Positions 1 to 10,700 of a DNA stretch of 64,000 bases are shown piece after piece. A program made the translations under genes and the position numbers. How positions within the stretch are numbered: the first letter of the stretch is position 1; every line of letters begins with the position of its first letter. The notes below the pieces were generated by a model. The model was given only the letters and a program-made list of their open reading frames with translations. It searched no databases and was not told the DNA's origin. This DNA is from Catajapyx aquilonaris (taxonomy: Eukaryota), in the NCBI GenBank assembly GCA_000934665.2, contig KZ538122.1, forward strand, positions 1 through 64,000, written 5' to 3'.

Positions 1-60
1 TTGTATTACCGTATTACCTCACTTAAAAGCGGCATGCTGGTATAACCTGGGTAATATGGG

Positions 61-730
61 TAATGGGCTTTAAATAAAATAGTGGCAACACATCTCTACA
101 AAATCAGTGAAATGTAGGAAGTTTACACCTCTTATGCCACAGATAGGTTGGGTCTTGGTCTAACCTCAGGACATAATAGGATCGCCCCACCTCAATATGC
201 GCATGCGCAGTAAAGAGTAGTATGTGAGCTGTTGCGATCAACCGGTCTAAAGGTGATGTTTTCCAAATTTGAGCAAAGGTGCTGGTTAAAAATTGAAAAT
301 GTGTCATGAAGGGCTTTTGCAGGTTTATGGGGAACATGCATTGCCATATAGAACGGTTGCAACGTGGGAAAAAGCCTTCCGTCAGGGAAGGCAAAACATG
401 ACATATGATCCCCATCAAAATTCAAGTAAGGAACAAGTGGCTACTGTCTCCACATTGATGGAGAACGATCGCAAGTAGACAGTTCGTGAGTTAGCCAGTG
501 AGACAGGCTTGTCGAGTACAACTATCCTGAACATTCTCAAGAAACGTCTGGGTATGAACTATCCCAGACCTTCTTCACGCTTTAGACCGCTCTATATGAA
601 ATATTAACCAAACCAGGGCTGCCAATCACATTGACGAGTACATTGAAGGACTCTGAAAGTTTGAAGTTGCCATGTATTTCCAGTCCCAAGTAATTAAATA
701 GCTGCCACTATTTTATTTACAGCCCTTGTA
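61..730 (+). mobile_element. Internally deleted, decayed mariner (Tc1/mariner) transposon in a PDHA1 intron
   Basis: Imperfect TIRs: GGGCTTTAAATAAAATAGTGGCAAC (65-89) and GCTGCCACTATTTTATTTACAGCCC (701-725), with TA at the ends. The internal ORF fragment HEGLLQVYGEHALPYRTVATWEKAFRQGR...VSTLMENDR resembles the mariner N-terminal HTH. It has stops and frameshifts, and no catalytic domain remains. Confidence 0.8.
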
Positions 731-777
731 CATAGCTAAGTGATTTAAAGTGGAGGAATAATATTATAAATCATCCT

Positions 778-855
778 TATGGAGAACTTCGGGAGCCCAT
801 TCGTAAGTATGGATCGTCGTAGGTCGGGTCGTTCGTAAACCAGGGACTTCCTGTA
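778..855 (-). mobile_element. Solo terminus of a pogo/Tigger-like element
   Basis: Reverse complement reads TA-CAGGAAGTCCCTGGTTTACGAACGACCCGACCTACGACG, resembling Tigger-type ends with repeated TTACGA motifs. The partner end was not found in the window. Confidence 0.5.
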
Positions 856-1089
856 CTGATATTAATGACCTGTAATTGTTTATTTCATTCTAAATAATGT
901 TGAGTGTGATTGTTGCCCATTGCGACATCAGTACGGTTCTCTGGTTGAAACAATAATACTGTTGCAGTTTAGTACACATGTTGTAAAAGGAATTAAATCC
1001 CTTAATTAGATGGTAAAAATCTAACACTGATCAATCAAAACATGGATGTTGAAAGCCACTAAAATGCAATCACTCTGTTCACTCTTCAG

Positions 1090-1958
1090 GTTCCTCTAGG
1101 AGCAGGTCTGGCTTTTGCACATAAATACAAGGGCAATGGTGGAGTGTGCTTGGCTCTCTTTGGTGATGGAGCAGCCAATCAGGGTCAGATATATGAGGCG
1201 TATAACATGGCCAAGCTGTGGGATCTCCCAGCAATCTTCATCTGTGAAAATAATGGATACGGGATGGGAACTCCTTCTGACCGTGCCTCTGCCAGCACCA
1301 CTTTTTACACCCGAGGTGACTATGTCCCAGGAATTTGGGTGGATGGAATGGATGTTCTTGGGGTCAGAGAAGCAATGCGATATGCAGTGGATTACTGCAC
1401 ATCTGGGAAAGGTCCTCTGGTGATGGAGGCTGCCACCTACAGATACAGTGGCCACTCCATGTCTGATCCTGGAACTAGTTACAGGACCAGGGAAGAGGTA
1501 CAGGAAGTCAGGAAGACCAGGGACCCCATCACTTCCTTCAAGGAAAAGATGTCCGAGAACAACATCATCACTCAGGATGAGATCAAGGTAATGAAGGTTT
1601 CTGTGGTGTAGGAAATGAATGCTTGCAAACATAACCAAAAATGGTGAGGAGGATAGTGTCTCTATTCAACAAGTGTGGCATTACATTATTGGGGCAACTA
1701 CGACTCGTAGTTTAATGTACACACTCCCTTCTTTGGCTGGTCATTAAAATTCAAGTGACATTCTTACAGGCAATAGAGAAGGATTGCCGCACACAAGTTG
1801 ATGCTGCAGTCAAGGTGGCCAAGGAGGAGAAGGAGATTGGCATGGAGGAGTTGGCAGGGGACGTCTACGTTGAGTTCCTGGAGGGAACTATACGTGGTCT
1901 GACTCCCTTTGAATCTCTGCAGCACAAGAGAGTTGGACCAGCTGTTAATGCCAAATAA
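1090..1958 (+). CDS. PDHA1: Pyruvate dehydrogenase E1 alpha subunit, last two exons (5' part outside the window)
   Basis: Exons 1090-1587 and 1770-1958 with GT-AG boundaries. TPP-binding motif GDGAANQGQ...CENN and phosphorylation loop [23 protein letters not shown] at 2072 and 2274. Confidence 0.97.
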
Positions 1959-2679
1959 TCTAAGCCTTTATGAGAAACAAAAATACTCTCACATTACAGT
2001 GACCAGTACCCACGACTTGTTAGTGAGAGCATTACACTATTGCTTCTTTTAAAATGACAGTGCTAATGCCGAATAAATCCAGTGCCTGACATAGTATGCT
2101 CACTTCAACTTATATTAGATGCATTAGTCATGCAACATGGTAAAGTTCTAGTCAGCCTGTGATGTTAAGCTGAGTTAATTGTAAGTCTCAGAAGGATGAA
2201 AATACTTGTACCAAAGGAACAACTATAAATTTTTATAAATGGACCAGGTTTTTATTTGTGGCAGTTTTGCATGAATAAAATTTCAGACAGCAGGATACAC
2301 ATCCATCCAACGTGAGATGAAAGTGAAATGGCTTGTTCCCGTCAGGGCGTCAGAGGTCAGACATCACGTGTGGTATGCAACTGGTAGTTTATTAGTACTT
2401 CAGCACACATTAATTTTTTGGGGCTTGGTTTTGGCCCACCTGGTCTATTGCTAATTGCAGTGAATCATTCACATGTGACTCGCAGATTGAGCGCAGAGCG
2501 CGAAAAGCAGACGCTATCGACAAGCTACCACCAAATTTTTGTAATTCATGCACATTTATTTGGCTTTGTGGCGATTAAAATTAATGTTTTACTCATTGAG
2601 CTGTTGAATCGCGTGTAAAGGTGTGAGTTTCGACATATGAATTGCTGAGCATGCCACTTCCACCCTGCAACGGAACTGG

Positions 2680-2740
2680 AGGACTTCCGGTATTCGATTC
2701 CAATATGGCGTCACACTAAAGGCGGCCATATTTTTTTCCA
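2680..2740 (+). promoter_or_regulatory. PELP1 core promoter region
   Basis: CpG-containing patch about 100-160 bp upstream of the ATG, with an ETS-like ACTTCCGG and YY1-like CAATATGGCG / GCCATATT motifs. Motif match only. Confidence 0.4.
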
Positions 2741-2839
2741 ATCTGATCTCCACGCCTAGAAGCAGTTTCCTGCGCTGTGCTTCTTCGATCCTTTTCTGAG
2801 TTGGGGGTATCGGAAGCTGCCCAGTCCAGGAGAGAGAGG

Positions 2840-5800
2840 ATGGAGGGCTTGCTGAGCCTCTACCATCCAGTGGTGGTGGAGGACAAGTGGAATGAGAGGG
2901 TGGTCAGGCAGTACCTCGGGGCGTGCAGGTCGCACCAGACCTTCTCCAGGACTGTGAGTTGGATTGTTTTAAGTGGTGGATGTTCATGAGCACGTGTGTG
3001 GCTGATGCAAACCGTGTCTTTTTAGAGTTGCGCCAACTTGCAACCAGTCGTGGGGTCCATCAATGCATTCCTCAGCGTGCAGTCCACAAGGTGGGTACAA
3101 GGTGGCCAGACATGAGAGTGATGTGTGCACATGGTAGGGCTTTGGCCAGGATTTTAATGTGCATAATCATCATCCATGGTTTTTGGTACCGTACACTTGA
3201 ATTCACCGAACAGAAAAGCTTTCCTGAGTAGAAGATGCCCTAAATGTCATGAAGACAACCCCATTGCCCTGTGAACCAGACTTAAATAAGCTACAGGCTT
3301 GTCAGAAGGCATACTTGTCTCTTAAGAAAATGTGGTTCCATTTGCAATTGGACACTTGTGGGTAGGCTGAGGGTTATGCCAGCCACCAATCGAGCATGCT
3401 AGGCTGTCCTGATCATAAACACTTTTCTCTCGAAAAGTAATAAATCTCAGAAGCGCGAGCGTTATCTAGTGCACTCGATTTGAAGTACAATGTCATCACT
3501 ATTGACACATGTGAAGTCCACTAATTTATCAGGGCAGTGTTAAGGCCATTTCACAATAAGATTTTGCGGCAGCGGCAAGCGGCAAACGCGTGCAACGCCA
3601 ATTGTTATTAATTATTGGCAATAATAAATATAAATAAGAAATATGCCGCAACGCGCGCCGTTTGCCGCGCGACATTTTTTTGTGAAATGGCCTTTACAAA
3701 TTTCAAACATTTTGCAGAGCTGCAACTTTGAAAGTTGGGAATGTCAAGTGTAGTGTAGCCTTAAGCTAACAAAACCCACACATTCTGTTGTGGGATTTTT
3801 TGTATACTGTATCTTGCTTTGTATTAGCTATGTACAGTACATGCATTTGTGGCACTTTGTTATGTAAACGTAGGAATGTTTTAAAGCGTAGTGAGAGTGG
3901 TTTTTAAAATTTGGTTGTAAAATATACTAGAATGAGATCACTTAAATTTCAGATTTCACGGGCTGCTGGTACTGCAGGCTGTGGTGGGCCAATGTTCCAC
4001 ACAAGTGTTTGAGGAGAATGTAATTGGATGGATGCAGCATTGCATAAAGGCAATGCAGGAAAAGGGAGACTCATTTTCACTTGCTGCAGATGTGCTATGC
4101 CAGCTTCTGGAATCATCATCGCAGTTTCCCGAGTTCACCAAAAAGATATCTTCCACTATCATAGCGCCAGCTATTTCTCACATTGCCAATGCACCAACTC
4201 AGGTACGATTTCTAATGGCATGATAAATTTTGGTGTCATGCTTATATTACGCGTATGTGCAAACGATTTATTGTACTTTGTATTGTCCATATACAGGGTT
4301 TGCATGCTGCGCTTCGACTACTTCTGATATCCATGGAGAAGTATCGAGGTCCTTGTGTGCAGTCCAAGGCACAAATTGTAAAGCTGTTGCTGCTGATGCT
4401 GGACCGTGAGGAAGAGTCTGTTATTGCTCTTGCGTCTGATTGCTTCTCCTTGCTACCACAGATAGGGGGTGGGGGCAACCTTGGAGAGACTTACAAGGCT
4501 GAATGGAAGTCCTGCACAGAATCATTTTTGGGTTCTTTGCATGAAACCTTAAACCAACTCTATGAAGATGTGAACCTGATGCAAAGCTCTGAAAATATAA
4601 AGACTCGCCTTCCATTGCCAGCCGTGAGTGGGAAAAGTCCAGTGGAGAAGCTTGTCCAGCTGAAGATACGCTTTGTAAATCTGTGCCAATGTCTCGAGGC
4701 ACTTCTACGGTAGTAAACTGAGTGACACCTGTACATTGTCTGAAGGGAATGGTACTAATTTGAGAACATGTTGCAGGAATCCGTTTCCCGTGGCAAAGGC
4801 AGTTCCAGTTGGCGCCATATTTGATCTGATATGCCGCAGCCTGGATGTCAATTGCAAGACGCTGGGAAGCAGACTGGTAGAAGCATTAACTATAGGTGCA
4901 GTGCTGCCACAGATTCACACTGCTGTGCTTTGCCTACTGGATGGTCTCATAGCATGGTAATAGACTAGTAAGACTGGTGATAAGGAAACAAGTACACTCT
5001 CTGGGCTTCATTCCAGCTGTGAAGCTAATCTGTATCCACAAGCACTACTGATCAACAAGCTTGTCCTGGTTACTCTGAAATGGACATCCCCCGATGCACG
5101 AACATATGGTGTGTCCCAACCATATGAGTAAGTGTAATGGAGAGAAACATTTTTGAATGTGTGATTGAGCATTCTTGCAGGCATGCTTGATTGTTTGAAC
5201 CTTTACACTTTTAATATATTGTAATATTTCACCTAGGTCTCTTCGCTGCACTGCATATCGTGTACTTCAATCCTGGCTCCAAGTGTCCAGAGCTGGGAGC
5301 TTGGTTGAATCATTTGCAAAGGATCTTGTGTCTGAGGCCATATCTGACTGCAAGCCACTAAAGGCGTCTGCAGTGCGACTCCACACCACCCTAAAGACCT
5401 CCAGAAAGCGTAAGAAGCACCAGCAGCCACAACCAGAAGAGCAAACATGGCATCGCAAAGTGAACTTGACAGCAAATGAGGAAGTTTGCTCTGAAGCCCT
5501 GAAGGCCCTTCAGTGTCTCCTCTACTCAGGTGGATCTTCCATGAAGGCTGTGTCCCACCAGGAACTCCACCAGATGGCGCTTGGCATCTTGCTTGAACTG
5601 CAGAGAGGACCTGAACCTTTGCCAATACCATACTCAAGTGTGGTCTGTAGGCATGAGTTATACAAGCTGCTCCTAGCACTTGTGCTTAACCCACACCCAA
5701 AATGGCCACCTCCGTTACATATGGCTGCATCTGTCTTCAGTAGGGGATTGCAGGACCCTGCACTTGAGGTTGCCAAAGCTTGCACCTTGGCTATGGCTGT

Positions 5801-6482
5801 GACAGAAAAGATCATTCATCCTGTGGCACAGACCATGCACTTCAGCCTGACTATGCATGATGTTGAGGATAAGGAAGAGGAGGATGTGGAGCAGGAGGAA
5901 GAAGAGGAGGTGGTGATGGTGGGGAGCAAGAGGAAAGGAGAAGAGCAGAGAGAGAAGGGGGAGGAGGAATCCAAGTCACAGAAGGTGAATGGGTGTGAGC
6001 CAGTGGTGTCTACTATTGATGTTGAGGATGACAGGCACAGTGAGCCTGAGAGGGAAGTAACAACAGTAAATGGAAATCCTGAGGTGATTTCAATTGGTAG
6101 CAGTGGAGAAGACAGTGATGGTTCTGTGCAGGAAGCACAGATTACAAACGGGTACGCTGGAACGAAGCGAAAGATTAAGGATGTAGACCAACCAGAAGGA
6201 GTCAGTGAAAGGAAGAAGGTATGTTCTACAAACCATGCTCATGCTGATTTCTTTATGGTTTTTAAAATTTAACTTTTATTCTGAAATTATAGTTTTTCAG
6301 ACAGTGGAATGGCTTTTTCTCTTCAGTACAGATTACATTTATGTAGCTGCGCCATCACATAAGACTAACAGAGACTTCATTTCACACAGGTGCCACCGGG
6401 AGAACCAGAAGCACCATTGGGACCAACTCTTGAAGAAATGTTGGCCACCTTTGTGGATGTGGAAGATATTAATGGACCCTAG
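2840..6482 (+). CDS. PELP1: Proline-, glutamic acid- and leucine-rich protein 1 (rixosome subunit)
   Basis: Exons 2840-2953, 3026-3090, 3953-4202, 4297-4709, 4777-4956, 5017-5127, 5237-6218, 6390-6482, all GT-AG and in phase. Leu-rich helical N-terminus, CRHELYKLLLALVLNPHPKWPPP motif, acidic tail and C-terminal MLATFVD, similar to PELP1 MLADFID. Confidence 0.9.
3543..3693. mobile_element. PIF/Harbinger (Tourist-like) MITE in PELP1 intron 2
   Basis: 13-bp perfect TIRs AGGCCATTTCACA / TGTGAAATGGCCT, flanked by a TTA target-site duplication (3540-3542 and 3694-3696). CpG-rich subterminal inverted repeats (GCGGCAAACG / CGTTTGCCGC). Confidence 0.85.
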
Positions 6483-7139
6483 GGTTTTCTTTACATCCAA
6501 TGATTCGTCAATTATAATGACTTTTAAATCACAGAACTGCTCTCACATTTATTTGCAAATTTTGGAAGTTAACAAAGACTGCAACTTTTGCTTTGGAGGA
6601 AGGTCCACGATTGTTACTTATACTTGGAAAAAATAAGTGTTCAGTAGGTGCCACATTGTAGATATCCTTGTTACAGTAGTAGTTCTATTGGACTCCTTCT
6701 CGACTCTTAGCAAAAGTTATAGCGCACAAAATGTTAAGAAAGCAAAAACCACAAGTTAAAGTATACTAATGTCATTGTGAGTTGTACATGTTATTTGCAC
6801 AAATCTGTATGCATTTCTTGCACTCTATACCAATAATTCTTGAAGAGTTCAGATAAATGTGATAGAGACATTAGGCTCTCTGGATAGATAATACTGATTG
6901 GAAGTGACGTCATTATGTTTGTGCACTTGAGGTTATTACAGCATACCAAATGAATGTCCTCTGTCTCAAAATATTCCTCTGCCTTGCATTTGTTATTAAA
7001 CGTGATTTCCAAAGTCAACATCGAGTGCACTTTCTCCTTGACTAGCAGTGTGTATCCCAGCACTGTTTTCCAGTGTCAACCGAGGGGGTTATTACCACTC
7101 CCCAAAAAAGTGCACAGCAGTTCCAGCCCAAGTGACACC

Positions 7140-7700
7140 CCTGATGCTGTGGACCGAACGTCCCGCGGACGTGCCACGACAGTCGCCGTGAGATTATATC
7201 CCCCTGGCGGGCGGAGGTTGGAATGTGTGTCCATTGGAGGAGGGAGAGGAGGTGGTTGGTGGTGGTGGGGGAGAGTGAGTTGCTTCCGTGCGCCGCCGCT
7301 AGACCCCTTCCACATGTCCAAAGATGGCGTCCAATGGAGGAGGTCCAGTCGTGGCGGGTGAGGCCTCGTCCATCCCTCCACTCGACCCACCCTGCCCCTG
7401 ATCCGCCCCTGGGTCCATCCTTAGTGGAAAGAGGGAATGGGAGGGACGGGGATGAGGGAGAGAGCGTCCGTTTAGGGGCAGGCGGAGGAGGGGACGCCGG
7501 GGACTGGGGTCGGGGGGTCCCTGCCGCGTGGTGGGGGACCCAGCATCTGGATACCAGTTGGGTCAGGCCCCATTGGCCCGAGGGGGTTTTACAGGCAGGG
7601 GAGCATGCTACGGGACTTTGGGCAGGAGGACTCCTCAGGTTGGGTTGCAGGGCTGGCCACTGGGGCTGCACCCTGATGTTAGCATGTGGCACCACCAGGA
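7140..7700 (+). promoter_or_regulatory. GC/CpG-rich promoter island around eIF2A exon 1
   Basis: GC-rich, G-skewed patch containing the eIF2A start codon within the YY1-like motif AAGATGGCG (7321-7329). Confidence 0.6.
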
Positions 7701-10700
7701 ATTTAGAGTTATTATGATGAACCAATGACATGATTTTCATCAACTACACTAGTTGCTTGGAAACGTCACACATGTAAATTTGCTGCTGTGCCATATTGTT
7801 GTGCCCCACATTTTAAAAACATCAGGGGCGGAGTATCGGATATAGCTGCGGTTCGTCTGTCATGTATTGCAAAGATATGCAACTTTGCAACATTAGGATA
7901 TGGTGCATATATCACGAAAGTTTTGATCGTCCACACAATGGACAGGCCTGTAAAAATTCATAAATAAATCAAGTGTGTGTCGTAACATATTCTTCCAGAT
8001 CAATAGATGCCATTTCTTTTGTACATTGTTAACGAGTGCTGCTGTTAATATATGCCACATTTTAGCACATATTTGTGACGCAAGTTGGTGTGCTGCTTTG
8101 TAGCCTTCGAAGGAAATTTGTACATAGTGGCATAATGTTGATTGTGTTGTGATATTGCACCATATTGTAATTATTATAGAGTACATTATAATGTTTCATG
8201 CAATTTTCATGGACTTTCAGTTTTGTTCACAAATCTGGCAAGTTTTATTGTTTTCTGTTTTTCCTGTCCCTTTGACCTGTTCATGTGCACTAGTGTCCTA
8301 GTGTTTACAAACACGGACCCTTACACACCCATAGTTTTTCACACCTGAAACATTGTCGAAAATGTGACGTCTTAGGCTACATAATGAAACAAAATTATAA
8401 CTTAAGTTATTTTTACAACTTGTGTATACATGTGTCTTGTGCACGTATAAAATCATTGTTCCCAAATTAATTAAGCACTGTCAGTTGTTGAAGGCATGGA
8501 ACACTTCTGACTATGGAATTTTTCTTCTGTAGTTCGAGGCTCGACAGGTATCTACCTTAGCTATGGCCCACCAAACTATGAAGCAGTCAACAAATTCACC
8601 CGGGATGACAGCAAAAACTGCAAGGTCATGTGCTTTACGAAGGATGGGAAGCACTTTGCCTGGTGCAATGGGAATGCGTAAGTACCAAAAAAAAGTGTAA
8701 AATTACTGATGAGTGCATAAACATTGTTATTGATATTCTTAGGGTCAAAGTGGCATCGTGTGAAACTTGGAAGGTGACGGTTGAAATTCCAAAGCCACGG
8801 ACGTCTGTGCTGCAATTCTCACCAAAAGGAACGCTTCTGCTCACTTGGGAAACCTTTCAGAGTGAGTGTGATATCGTTATGGTCTGAATTCATTTCATAA
8901 TTTTGTTGTCTGAAAATTGCAGCAACTCCTAATGACCCTCAAGGATCTCCAAATATGAACCTTTGGGATGTGGCAACTGGGAATTTGGTCAAGGCATTTA
9001 TGCAGAAGAAAGTGAGCGATTGGTAAGTTCACATTGTTCACATTGGGATTTGCTGAAGAGACTTGCGAAGGTGTCAGCATAGTTCAATATTGTTTGTTAC
9101 TTTGGTAGTAGCTGAAAACTGTGGGAATAACTTCACATATAAATAATTTTAAGTGAGTAAAAAGGTTCAATTGGATTGGGTAGTTGTAGCAATTAACTCG
9201 TGTTACTTTCCATTATCCCATAATGACAGTGTAGGGAAGCATTACCTCTCACCCCTCCTTATACCAAACCTTAATTTGTACAGAATTTGCAGCTACTGTG
9301 CTACTTCTCTGTGTACAAATCACATGGGAGGGCTTAACTGGTCCTGGTGAATAAAGGCACTGTCATTCACTATCATCTTGCACATTGTGAGTATAAGGAG
9401 AGGAGTTGTGTGAATGTGGCATGGCAGGCAAATTGGGCACAACCACATGTGAATAAGCCGGGTGGACATGCCATTATGTGGATTTCACTGAAATTATACT
9501 ACATCGTTTGGATTATCATATTACATTATCAAAAGACATGAAAATGTGTGACATTACACAAGCCTACATTATGTATCCACACTATCTCCTTTCACATAAC
9601 ACTTTCCACTGCAGATTGAATATGCAACTAGCACTAGGGATAGTGCAGGTTGGGGCAGGACACAGCAAATATGCAGTAGTGATGACTGACTGTTGGCTTC
9701 AAAGTTCAGCCAAAATAGTGGCTTGTGTGGTTGTTCATATTATTACTATTTGTTTTGATCATAAGTCAATCCAAACTGTGAAGCATCATTTCAGTGTGAC
9801 AGTAACCTGTATTGCATTATGCTAGATATATATATTTTTTTAAATAGTCCTTCTTTAGCTTCCCTGCTAAGAATAATATTTTAAAATACGACCTGGGATT
9901 CTTCTAGTCAATCTAGTCAGTGTAAGGCACCTTCAATTATTTATGGCCAGTAATTTGTAAGACAAATTAGAAATTAAAATCACTGCTGCTAATTTCAAAA
10001 ATATAGGAATATTGCGAACCTAGTAGGTTACCTAATAGGTAGGATTGCTTGTGAAAGAATTGAAAGGGGGCTTTTTTGTGATTCATAAGGGAATTTCACT
10101 CTGATGCTTTGTCATGCAGAAGTGTACACTACACACTCCACATCGTGAAAGCTAATTTTATTACTGTTAGAGTCAAGTAGGTATTGTATTGGCGGAAGAA
10201 ATGTGTCAGAAATGTTGCTGCAAATTCAATTTAATTATGCTTGGCTTAAGAGTCCCTTATAGACCTGCTTGCTATCAGTTAAGAGCAGTAACGGAATCTT
10301 TTAGTCACTTCTGAAGTAGTGAAATGCTTTTGATTTATTATGCAGGATGATGCAGTGGAGTGATGATGAACACATCTGTGCTCGCTTCCTGAACCAAGAA
10401 GTGGTCTTTTATGAAGAAAACAACTTTGAAAACTATGTTCATCGCATACACTCTCAGAAAGTGGCAAACTTCAGCCTGGCACCTGGCAGTGGCCCCCCCT
10501 ACCACGTCTTGTGTTACATGCCAGGAGCCCAAGGGCAGCCCTCAATTGGACGCATGTTTGAATATCCAAAATTTGAGACAGGGCAAGCAGTAGCAAACAA
10601 GAGCTTCTTTCAAGCAGATACGGTAGAAATCAAGTGGAATTTTGCGGGTACAGGCGCAGTGCTCACTACTTATGTGGAGGTGGACAAGTCAGGAGCTTCA

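Noticed and set aside
7042..7743. Overlapping Pro/Gly-rich ORFs of 100-233 aa on both strands
   Set aside because: Explained by the GC-rich eIF2A promoter, exon 1 and start of intron 1. No recognisable domain.
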